Origin: Tubiluchus corallicola
Taxonomy: Eukaryota; Animalia; Priapulida
DNA length: 64,000 nucleotides
Reading direction: 5' to 3'
Assembly: GCA_030141605.1 (NCBI GenBank)
Contig: JAQGDQ010000095.1
Location: 310,001-374,000, forward strand
Below, piece by piece: positions 53,001-64,000 of the stretch (the first letter of the stretch is position 1; every line of letters starts with the position of its first letter). The notes under the pieces were generated by a model, which was not told the origin of the DNA, did no database searches, and saw nothing but the letters and a program-made list of their open reading frames with translations. The position numbers and the translations under genes were made by a program.

Positions 53001-56000
53001 TGGAAATTCCAAACAGGCTTGTCTGTGGTAACTAATTGTATAATGTAGCAGACAATGTACACATTTTAACTGTGCTTTTTCTTTAACGTAATAAATCAGG
53101 TAATTTCTCTATCAGACCTGGAATGTGATTATTTAAATGCCACAGAATGTTGTGAAAAACTGAACTGGGTAAGTTTTGTAATCTGTTTTTGCAAAAGAAG
53201 CATATTTGACTAAAATTATGTATGTGTAGAAAAATAATTCATCATGCATTTTATTTTAGTGGGTGTATCCAGAATTAGGTCTTCAAGCTGCGTTAACTAC
53301 AGCTCTACTTGTAACATGGCATCCTTTGCTGTTCTTATTCAATGTGCCTCTTATTACCTTACTTGTATATCGGTGAGTTTGAAAGTTTAAAACCTTTATA
53401 AATTTGCACTCACTCTTATAAAAATACATTGTGCATATAAAACAACAAAATTACAATAAAGACATAATTACAGAAAAGGAGAGGATGAAGTGAAAACTAT
53501 TTTCCTTCCCCCTTTAGTTATCCTTATTCTAATCATAAAACTAATTTTTGACATTACTGTCTACAATTATAGGTTCTACGTTACATTACACATTACATCA
53601 TAGTCACATTACATTACCACATGTACTACGTTACATTACATATTACATGACAAACACACGCACACATATACAGTGCTTAAAGTGCGCCGGGTCAGTCTGG
53701 GTCACAGACCCGAAACTTAAAAAATTATAGACCCTGCACCTAAATAAACAAATAATTTCTCGCCAGGTCGCACATTTAGATTTCTCGCCTATTTAAATAT
53801 CTATAAATCTATCCGTAACACAAAAACTTGTGATATATAAAACCTTCTTCTAATCTAGCAGTATTACTAAAAACTTCGTCTGTTATTGAACTGTAAACTG
53901 TAAAGACGAAAAATGAAATGAAACAAAATGTTAATTAAAAAGTGCCTCGACAGTTGTAGCACTATACATTATTTTCGTCTCTAAGCTGTCACAACACAAC
54001 AGTTCGAAGATAGGTGACTGTTTGTTAATTGTGCAAATTATCACAATGCGATTATGACTGAAAGTACAGTCAAGTACCCAAAAAGGTTTCTTAATTACAA
54101 GGGTGTAACCAATAAGTGAACCTGTGGAGAAAATGATCAAAGCGTATTTACCAATGACTAACCAGGCTGTAGACTAGGGTGCAAAATAACAGTTCTGTGT
54201 TAAAAAATTTCTATTTTCCTCTATTCTCAGAAAATGTGTTTCTTTTCATATTCATATAAAGCGTGTATCTTATAACATACCACAGGCAATTACTGCTTGC
54301 AGGTCTTTATAGGCGCCATAATGACATAACAAACAAATACAATTATTCTTATATAGAAGGTCCTATACCGCAAACAGTTGAGCAGCTCCCTAGATATAAG
54401 CCCGTACAAATATATGAAATGAACAAGAACAATGTAGTAGTAGGTACTAGTAATATTTAGGTAGTAGTACAACTAATATACCATAAAAATTATTTATTAG
54501 GGTTCATAAACAATCGCAAGTCCACAATACATGTGCGCAGGATTGAACTGTCAGCCTAGGGCATTATAATTTTATGGTACACACCTGAAAATGATGAGAA
54601 AAGCATTTTGTGTTTGTGAATATCATGAAATATATGATGTAGTTGACAGCTAGGGATGTTGTTGTCTGACACACAAGAAAGGGATTGGCCACAAAAAAGA
54701 ATGATATTTATTATATTATTGATTTGCTGATTCAAAGGATCTAGCATGTTCGGCAATGGTTAAATGAACAGACAAGGAAAGTGTTGCTTTTGAACAAAGA
54801 CCTAAATTTTGTATCCTTAAAGGTGAAAAACAGTTGAAATACTGCTTACTGAACTGCCTTTTTTCATGAGCTTTCTTACCATTGATTGGCTCAAAATGCC
54901 TGAAAACCCAGAAAATGCATTGGTTTCCAGGGCTCGGCTCCAAGTCGCGCTGGAGGAGCTTACTGCACTCCCCCAGGCCCATAACTACCTGTTTTTTAAC
55001 TCTGTTTACCATGACACCGCTTACCTAAACATATGCACTTTAAGCACTGCCTATATATATATATATATATATATATATTACATAACGTCACAGATGCATT
55101 TTCCACTATTTTTTATATATTACGCTATGCATCATATTTTACTTCTAAAAATACTTTTACGTCTAAAATCACATAGTATATTATATAATAACACTACATC
55201 TAAAATTAAATTTTACACTAATTGGTTGACGCATTATTTTTAAGATTATTAATTGATCATAGTTTGACTTTTCTTTAATTTCGTTATCTAGGCCATTCCG
55301 TAGCTAAACACCAAAAACTGATGCACATCCATTTCTTTCTTCTTAAAATTATTATTAGTAGACCTCCAGCTTCACGTAGCTTGCTTTTCACAGTCTTTCG
55401 GAGTATTAGTGTAAATTTTGGCATATAGCCCATTCCATAGCTTAACACCAAAAACTGATGCACATCGATTTCTTTTTTGTTAAAATTATTATTAGGAGAC
55501 CTCCAGCTTCACGTAGCTTGCTTTTCATAGTCTTTAGGAGTATTAATAATCAGTAAACAAGTAACTGTCTGTTGAAAAAACTACACTGCTCATATATATT
55601 CACTATTTGGTTTAAAAGTTTTGAAAGTGTAACTGACTGAGTACATGCCGCCGTGAAAAACTGTTAGGATAGGCTCACCAGTAGGGTGAAAATGTACTCA
55701 ACTGTGTTTTAAAGGGAAAAAAACATCGAACAACATTCATTGTATTTCAATATACAATATGCATGCATGCATAAAATGCCTTGCTCAAAAGAAACTTAAA
55801 TAATTTTCATCTCCATCTGAACGAAGCTTGCTGTGGGCATATTTGAAAAAAATGATGTAAGCTCGTAGACAGCACGGAGGCACGCATAACAGAACTTCAC
55901 TCAGAAGCTTGGCTGTTCTAGCAAATTAAATGTCTACTGTGTTTATGCAAAAATTAATTATCGAATCAATTAGCAACAACAAAAACTAGTAAATGGATTA

Positions 56001-57030
56001 CGTGAGGTACTTATCTCAATTTTATTGCTAGAAGTTTTCTAATATTTTTCTCAAATACATTAAAATAAGCACAATTTTCCAAAAACTTTGGCTTTTCTTT
56101 GAATAATGTAACAGCAGTGACCATTGTGCAGCAAAGATGTTAGGTGTTCAAACACTAGAACAGCTGCTAGTGGCTTCAAAGCAAAATGATGTTGGTGATA
56201 GACGATATAGGTATGAGTAAAAAGAAAACTTTAAAATGTTTGTACTGTTAAGTGTTTGAGTACTTTAAAGAAACTGAAGCTCGGTCCGCATCAGCTACTT
56301 AACGGTTTAATAATCCCAAAGAATACAGTTGAATATATGTATATATATGCTTGGAATATAGCAAAGTATTGCTTTAGCAAACCAATAGAACAGTATTTAT
56401 GTTATTATTAAACTTACTTTTAATGAAATTGCAAGATTTACTTATAAGCCATTTTTTAACAGTGCATTCTTTATACCAAAAGGACAATCAAGTCCTTATG
56501 ATCCAGCTGAGATTCATAATAGAGGACAGCTGAAAAGCCATATGAAAGAAAGTATGATAAAGTTGGGATTTCATCTAGTCATATTCTTTGTTTATCTATA
56601 TTGGTAGGTTTTATGTACATTCTTGATACGTAAATACATTATTGATAATAAAATTGAAAACAGTAATTTTGTCATATGAATAAATCAAGAAGTTCTCTTC
56701 TCTAACATTGTGCTAAATTGTTGCTTGCATTTTTTGGTTGTTTGATTCATTACATTGTCATGGCACGAAAATTATTGCAATCATAGAATTCAGAGCTTTT
56801 AATGGCACACTGAGGCATGTGAGATTTAGGCTTCGACGTTGAACAAACTGGACTATCTCAAAAACCAGATATTTAGCAAAACTGCAATATAATCACTTCT
56901 AGCTTAAAAAAACCCATGTAGTAAGAGTGATTGTCTAATATATTGATGTTTTTGTTGTGCATGTATATCAAGATACATAATGGACTTTATCCATTTTTGC
57001 AGCATGATTGTCGTATTACTGCAGACGTGA
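47009..57030 (+). CDS. CNIH4: Cornichon homolog 4 (ER cargo receptor), 140 aa
   Basis: Exons 47009-47080, 53100-53168, 53260-53372, 56463-56603, 57003-57030. Motifs: [26 protein letters not shown] and [27 protein letters not shown] (near-identical to the vertebrate CNIH4 motif). Confidence 0.95.
48700..50940 (-). mobile_element. Degenerate CR1 LINE (APE end plus RT) antisense within the CNIH4 U12 intron
   Basis: PIGISDHE; [10 protein letters not shown]; [17 protein letters not shown]; [10 protein letters not shown]; VDIKYLDF; KFADN; [10 protein letters not shown]; RHSLQVF; AWNELP. Confidence 0.88.
50990..51200 (+). mobile_element. LINE RT N-terminal fragment
   Basis: [28 protein letters not shown] (PxxWK.A.V.P.PK...RPISLT motif). 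Confidence 0.65.
51403..51788 (+). mobile_element. hAT-type MITE with intact ends
   Basis: TIRs TAGGGGTGAGCAT / ATGCTCACCCTTA; perfect 8-bp TSD CTGCTTGT (51395-51402 and 51789-51796); internal TTCGAA repeats. Confidence 0.9.
51950..52235 (+). mobile_element. CR1 3' fragment
   Basis: [34 protein letters not shown]. Confidence 0.75.
53671..55049. mobile_element. Non-autonomous hAT-like DNA transposon in CNIH4 intron 3
   Basis: Perfect 15-bp TIR CAGTGCTTAAAGTGC / GCACTTTAAGCACTG; flanks cacatata / cctatata (6/8 TSD match); no transposase ORF. Confidence 0.85.
55292..55546 (+). repeat. Tandem duplication, two ~117-bp copies at ~137-bp period
   Basis: ccattcc.tagct.aacaccaaaaactgatgcacatc...gacctccagcttcacgtagcttgcttttca.agtcttt.ggagtatta occurs twice. 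Confidence 0.9.
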
Positions 57031-59962
57031 TGGGAATGGGATAGCCATTGTGCTCATTAGAAGAAGTAATGGTGTTTTACTGGCAGATTTCTGTTGATGT
57101 CAGTAGCAATGGCAGCTAGACATAGCCGACTCAGGTGCTACATAGAGCTTTCAGCACTTCAGGGCTATGCTTTTACAACATGTACAAGCGATGACCATAC
57201 AATTATATCAGTTTGGTGTTATTTCTACATTTTGGCAAAATGCAGCATAGTGTAGTTATGTTAAAATTTATTAATCATGGCAGTTATAGAATTGCTTATT
57301 ACTGTTATCCAGTGAACTGAAGTTTCGTTGAACTTGATAACTTGAATGGATCTAGGAGAACCTGGTGTATTGTCTTTCATACCGAGAAGCTGAAACTTGC
57401 AGTAGTACTACAGTACTTGATAACATGGACTTTAACGAAAAACGTGGCCCAACACAGACATGCAATTTTTAATTGAGCAACTGCTACTATGAAGTTTTAT
57501 CTGCGTGTTGGTAATTCACAAAAAGAGAAATAGACGTCGGAAATATTAAGCTCGCCCAATGATCACTAGGCAGCAATTAATGACATTAGAATTTTTATGC
57601 TGTCTTACTGCACACAAGCTTATCTGAGTTAATGCTGCGAATTGTTGTATGTTACTTTCCTTGACAGCAAGCGGTGAAAAAATACAAAACATTAGTCCTG
57701 ATTTCTAAACGGCTCTTATGTTTGGCCTTATCTTACTGCTCTTTTTACACATAAGTAGGGATTTTACAATTTAATAATCTATCTATGCAAAATATTTACT
57801 TACCAGTTGCACAGCAGCTGTAATATACTACTACATATTTCCTTAGGAACAAAAACTGCATAAAACGTGAATAAAAAGTAAAACTGGCACCCTGTGAGCA
57901 GTGTCTGTTATTGTGAAAGTCCACAGTGGTATAAAATAAAATTGGCAGTGGTGCATTAGAAATGTGTTGATTGTACAGTACTGAGATGTGCATTGAGATC
58001 TGCAATACTGAGATCACTAAAAACTCACACTAAAACTGCTCACTAAAAAACTTCAAATTTTGAACTCCAATTTCTAATTCTCTCTGAAAACACCTGAAGA
58101 CAGTAAGAATGATTTATCTTCATTAGTTTGTTTTTCTTTTATCTCTCTATGTGTTTTATCTCTTTTATCTTTTTCTAATAGTGTCTTCACAAGACATTAT
58201 GTTCTTTTTTCACTTAATTACTGTGTTTGATTAAATGTTGCACAATTCTAGTTGTATGTCTGCACATTCACATTGACTTTAGTTTTTTTATAGACTTTGC
58301 AACTTTTAGTTGCATAACTGAAATTGCATGCATGTGCTAGGCCTAAAGTGATATTGGTAAAGTTTTCAAAATTTAATTATTGTGCAGGGGAACACATTGT
58401 AATACTATTGTAAGGGTAACATACATTGTTTGATAGCAGCATTTTAAATTTGAAGAAAATTTATCCTTCTTTTGCCCAACAGCTTTTTTTACATTAAATA
58501 CTTCTACATTATACAACTTAAACAATGAGATTGTATGTCATCTCTGTCTACAGCAATTCAATTCCTTAGGTGACTGCTGGCATGAGGATAATGATGTAGA
58601 AGGATGGTTGTGAAATGCGGTACAGTTAAAAGGTGTAGGCAACCAAGCGTGCATAGTGTGTAGTGTCCAGTGGTGAACGTATTATGGTAAGGGTACTCAC
58701 GTTGCTCAGTGAATCAATCAAAGGTCAGTTTTTGAGGTTTAGTACTTTAATGCCTCCTATGGTTTTAACAGCAGTTAGCTAAAGTGATGTGTGTTCAATG
58801 AGCAAGTGGGATTAACGGGGACATACATACTGCAACTTTGCTGTTATCATCATTGCACAGATCATTCTTTTTTGTGAAATGTCAGGTAGTACTGCGTTTT
58901 CACTCAAGAGATGCCACTTCAAAGATATAATTAGCACAAAAGCGCAAAATATGGAATGACGTAGTAGCACAAATTGCAAGCACAGCACAGTTATTGTTCT
59001 AAAAAGTAGATTTATGAGTGTGATGCCCATGTACTGTTATAAGTGGTTTTAAGTTACAAAGTCAAGGCCTCCTTCAATGGTCTACTTAACCTTTAGAATT
59101 TAGTGACTTGGAAAATGAATAAACCAGTTCATCTGACCTAAATTCAAAGGTCAGTCGAACAAATGAAAGTCTTTTGAACAGTAATGTTAGTTAGTGAATG
59201 TAAAACTGCAAGACTTGTCTGAAGGAAGTGACAGAAAAGCACACTAACAAAACTGCAAAACCTGTTTAAAGAGAACAAAACAGTTTAATGAAAGTGCATC
59301 TCCAGTATTTAATTTGCAAGATATTTGTGTTCTGGTGGGACAGAGATCTTGGTCCCACACTTGGGTAACAAAGTACGAAATCAGGGACATTTTAGTAACA
59401 CATCAGATGTTTGCACTTTTAACAGAATAGTGAATTAGTTAATTATATGAAGATGAAGACAAGCAGGCAGACCAACAGATGACAAACTGAAAAATGGCTG
59501 ATTAAAGCAGTGTAAAAGCCAATTAATAATACATCCTGTAATGAGAGTGAAAGATCAAGTATTTATGGCATATGCCAGAAAACTATTGTTACCTGGTAAC
59601 TTATTTCTGCTTGAACATGTACTATTCCATTGACTGTCCTCTTGATTTACAGATCTTATTATATGTCATGCAAGATGACATTTTTGCAAGATGAATTAGT
59701 AAGAAAATCCAGATAAAAAGGTTTACATATTTGTGAAAAAGCTAAATTGGGTTATATAGTAAATAGCTTATTTAAGTGTATATTAATAATTTACTTTTTC
59801 ACTGTTTATAGAATTCAGCAACACACTCATATTAATTTAAACAAACTGGTGAGCTGGCTTTATTGTCAAAATTGTTTTCCAAGACATTTACTTATCTAGT
59901 TTAGCTGAAAGTGCTTTTTTCAAAATATTACCTTATAAATCAGTAGCTTTCGAAAACTACAT

Positions 59963-62531
59963 CTAGTCACAGTATTTATCAAGTGCATCAGCATCACATG
60001 AACAGACAGATTCTGAAGCTAAACTGAAATTATGTTCAAATGAGTAGTTCGAGTTCAGTCGCTTGGAGGGCGGAACAAGGTGAGCAGGGAGGGTATTTGG
60101 CAATGAATAACCATCCAAACATATTCTTATTAGATAGTTAACCAAAGCCCATTCATCTTGATCCAGCATTCCATCATGGTCAATATCTGACAAGTTCCAA
60201 ATCTTACCCAAAACTGAATTAGGTAACTTTGACTTTAACATTTGCACTTTAGCAGTAGCACCTGTGATTTTTCCATTGATAGGAAACATTTGGCCAAATG
60301 TTTTGTCATATGCTTGTTTATGTTTTTGCACAACCCATTCTTCATCATGCATTCCTTCATTCACACCAGTTTCTCCATTGACATCAAAAGGTGAATCTAT
60401 GCTGCAGAAGGCACCTCCGTGAATATCGCCTGCTTGCCCAGCTTCTCGCATTTCAGCATCTGTACGCGGTATAACAGCAATAAGTTTAACAATATCCAAA
60501 GAAAGCATTCTTTCAACATCTGCGATAAGTTTTGGTTTTAATACACGAAATTTTTTAAAGTCATAGCCATTGAGTTGATGTTGAAGTTTAGAGGCGTTTG
60601 GGAAATCACCGAGCGGTACCTGATACTGTTTGTGAACCTAAAATAATTTTTATCAAAATAAATAAAAAACTAATGAAGCTTTCATTACAGAGTAATATAA
60701 ATATTGTCAAATAGGGTCATTGTAGATAACAGATCTGGTTGTTAGTATAGAAATTTAAGCTGTTGGAAAATTGGTGAACTTGTTGGTGCCACTGCCATGT
60801 TTATTAAGTAGTGCTCTACAGGACCCTGTTTAAGCATTTTCAGATTGTTGTACACTGCAATTGGAGAATAGCACAAAGTGTTGGAAGTTTAAAAATTTTC
60901 TTTCAGAACTTTTGTTTCTCTTTCTTTCACGAAAATTACAGCTTTATGATTTTGTTATTTGCAAAATGTGAAATTTGATTTTTAACTAATTAGTTTGTTA
61001 ATCTTGTTGGGAACTTCGTACAATTGAACAAATATGCCAAGGTTTTTAACTATGAAAAGCAGAATAGATTATAATAAATTAAAAATTTTGTGAATAAATC
61101 AAGCTAATGACAAATTCATCAGAACTTTTTATAGAAGGAAAAAAGCTAAAAAACCATGAACTAATCAGGACCTACACACACTTTTATTACTGTTGTTGTA
61201 TATACAAACCTGCTCAAAAACGTTTTTCAAATTTCTTATCAGTTCAAGCTTTTTCCTTTCTTTGCGAAACACTGATGGCATCTGTGACCTCAGGGTACTA
61301 ACGACATAAGCATGTGCCTATAAAAATTAGTTTCATTTAAAATGCCAGTACTTATCTGTAATAAATTTCTGACAGCATTTAACTTCAAAAGTTTTGTACA
61401 GATTTCTCTTTAATGTACTAAATTAATGCTACAGTAAATAAAATGTTACAAAAATTAACATTATTACAGTGAATGCTATATCTTTCTTGAAATGGCTACC
61501 ACATGCACTTTGCAACATTTTACAATCAACATAATATGCGTACAGATAATAACATGCAAATGGTAAGATGAAGTACTGATTATAACCTTAGACAAATTTA
61601 TGCTCTAAATATTAATATAGTTGAGTACCTTCGCAAGTCGTGCACGTTTAACCAAGTCGTTGATTTTTCTTAATGCAGCACTTCGAGGTAAGCTCTGTAA
61701 ATCATTTAGCAAATCTTGGCGTTCAGCTTCAAATAAGCATCGATTGTCAATGTGAGAAAGTGGTTGATCCCAAAACGACCCAATGTATACGCGTGTCACT
61801 TCAGGTGTACGTAATACTTTTCCTAAAGACCACATTAATGCACCGTATACTCTCATTAGTTGCTGGTGATTTACCATATCAGCTTTATTCAGTACAATTC
61901 TAATCTTTTCATCATGCTCTTTAATTGCTTCTATACCATTTTTAAACTCATCTGAAATGTCCAACTTGTGGGCATCGAATAGCAAGATTATTCTATCTAC
62001 TCTCTCTGCGAACCATGCTAATACTTCTGTTAAACTGTAGCCTCTGTTGATGCGCTCCTTTTCTCCAGAAAGTATACCAGGACTATCAATGAAAGACACC
62101 TCTTTAAGAACATCATTCTTAATCAATGAACACTGCAATCTATTAAGAAATACGTTGCCAAACTTAGAAAGGCCTTGAAATTGTCTTTCGGAATCCACAA
62201 TCAAAGCATTACCTGGGATAATCATTTCTTCTTCACCGTACATTACCGCCATAAATCCGTCCGTTGTTGGTTCAGGACCAATTCTCATTCCTGGAAACTT
62301 CTGTTGTAAAAGATTCGTTATGAAAGTTGTTTTGCCTGTAGAATACTGGCCTATTAGCAGAATCATCGGCTTAGCATCAAAATCACCATCGCGCAAAATA
62401 GGTGAATGAAAATCATGGAATTTATAATGTTCCTCAAGGGGCAATAGTTTTCTTTTATATATACTTTTCAGTGAGGCTGAAACTTTATCGCACAACTTTG
62501 TTTCTTGTGTGAAATACCGAGGAAATGACAT
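59963..62531 (-). CDS. EHD: EH domain-containing dynamin-like ATPase (EHD1-4/Past1/RME-1 family), 561 aa
   Basis: Exons 62531-61629, 61317-61210, 60637-59963. Motifs: P-loop GQYSTGKTT, RIGPEPTTD, IDSPGILSGEK, FDAHKLDISDEF, NKAD, RVYIGSFW; EH domain KLPNSVLGKIWNLSDIDHDGMLD..LPAHLVPPSKR. Confidence 0.97.
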
Positions 62532-62579
62532 TTTAAGAGGAATTAATATACGAATGCCCTACTTAAGTAAATTCAAGAA

Positions 62580-62830
62580 GGGATAATTCACGCGGCTTCC
62601 AACTTTTTGTCGGAGCCGCTGGCCAGCTTCGGCGTTGGTGGAAACCTTTGCAGAAGAGACTGTGGTCAAAGTGTACAAAGAGGAAGTGACGAACTATGGT
62701 TACGTATTTCGTTTTTGCGATTAACGGCTACGTTGGCGGCATCAAACGGCGGCTGATTAAAAAGTTTTGAGCCGCGCATTGACTGTAATAATAATATTCT
62801 TAATGCCGTCAATAAAAGTGGCATACGCGC
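62580..62830 (-). promoter_or_regulatory. CpG-rich promoter/5' UTR region of EHD
   Basis: Local GC/CpG rise immediately upstream of the ATG; ETS-like GAGGAAGTG at ~62680. Confidence 0.45.
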
Positions 62831-63099
62831 AATTTTGAGAAGCCCAAATCACTTTTGCGTTTTTAATAAAACAAGAATATCTCAAATAAAAGCAATTATT
62901 AGTTTAGAAAAACTAAAAACATTTCATGAAAACGAAAAACAGTTGTAGCAATAAGTTTGTATTATGCAAATTGCAAATGCTTCTTCAATTTTCTTGTAAG
63001 CAAAATTTTACTGTTCTCCTGTGGAAAGTGGCTAGCTGACTGTATGATGGGCTGCCTACTATGTAAAACAGTAATGCCTTTTTAGTGATTTATTGATTT

Positions 63100-63220
63100 T
63101 CCTCTCCTTCCTTCTCTTAGAGACAAAGAGAGGGAGGAAGTGAAAAAGAGAGAGAGAGAGGAAGAAAGACACAAAGTGAGGGAGGGAGGGAGGGAGAGAG
63201 ACAGACACACAGAGAGATCC
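63100..63220 (+). repeat. GA-rich simple repeat
   Basis: (GA)n and (GGAG)n runs. Confidence 0.8.
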
Positions 63221-63269
63221 TTCTTTTCCATTTGTTGAATGTTCTGCCATTTGTTTCTTGGTCTTTTAC

Positions 63270-63455
63270 TCCAGCTGCTCTATTTGTTTGAACATTATGT
63301 AAGACCTATTTCAATTACACTTCAACCTATTGTATTGCGTGTTTACCTTCCCTTTTCATAGCTGTGAATAAATAATAAGAAGAATTATACGTTTTGATGA
63401 AAAGATGTACTATGACAATATAATTATAGTTAATAGATTAGTAAAGGGGAGCTAA
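63270..63455 (-). mobile_element. Inverted partial copy of the 3' UTR of the LINE at 425-4252
   Basis: Reverse complement matches 3305-3490 (gtacatcttttcatcaaa; aaaagggaaggtaaacacgcaatacaatagg; gaaataggtcttacataat). Confidence 0.85.
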
Positions 63456-63870
63456 GAACAAAAATATCTGAAATACCAAAAGTATTAATATAGTCAAAAT
63501 TACAGGAACGATAAACACATAATATTGTTAAACTACAACCGTTGGAATATAACTTAACACCAACAACTTCAGCGATAAAATTTAACTGCAAGCAGGCAAT
63601 AGAAAAATGCGACTTATAAAAAATAGCAACACCACCTCTAGCAGTCGTAGGAAAAATATTATGCCTGTCACATCTAATAACAGAATAACCTACAGGGCAA
63701 ATTGCCTCATTTGTAACATCTTCAGTTAACCACGTTTCACAAATACAAATAAAGTCTGGATTTTCAGTGATAACAAAACTAGAAAGATCTGCTAACTTGT
63801 TTATGAGGCCATTGCAATTAAAAACAAAACCAGTAATTACATTTGTATGAGAAGGAGCTTGAGGAATATT
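63456..63870 (-). mobile_element. CR1-type APE endonuclease fragment
   Basis: A minus-strand frame reads FNCNGLINK..PDFICICETWL..GYSVIRCDR..RGGVAIFYK..ILCVYR. Confidence 0.85.
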
Positions 63871-64000
63871 AACAGGAACATTACTATGTCAATTCGGATC
63901 ACAGGGGCCTGTACAATTGCCATTTTTGCTTCTTAAAGAGTAATAATTGGTGTGCAAAGTTATAGACTGAAAGAGGGCATTTGTCTGGGGTGATCGCAGT

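Larger units (their letters stand above)
47081..53099 (+). other. U12-type (minor spliceosome) GT-AG intron, CNIH4 intron 1
   Basis: 5' site GTATCCTTT; branch-like TTCTTTAAC at 53079-53087, 12 nt before the terminal G of AG; no polypyrimidine tract between branch and acceptor. Confidence 0.9.

Overview
AT-rich animal (invertebrate-type) nuclear DNA, not prokaryotic. Positions 1-21 kb are a gene-poor repeat field of decayed non-LTR retrotransposons (L2/Crack-Daphne-like, CR1, RTE), hAT remnants, tRNA-like SINE heads and long microsatellites. Positions 22-62.5 kb hold four spliced genes assembled by hand from GT-AG boundaries and reading phase. PELP1/Rix1 (+, 21 exons, ~1196 aa) is followed by a Cys-type methionine-R-sulfoxide reductase MsrB (-, 3 coding exons, 184 aa), cornichon homolog CNIH4 (+, 5 exons, 140 aa, first intron U12-type) and an EH-domain ATPase EHD/Past1/RME-1 (-, 3 exons, 561 aa). 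Introns carry several hAT non-autonomous elements with recognisable TIRs and TSDs. The most unusual observation is a ~365-aa unrecognised, apparently folded segment encoded by three in-phase exons inside the C-terminal region of PELP1, where vertebrate PELP1 has a Pro/Glu-rich disordered tract. All family assignments come from recalled motifs; no database search was run.
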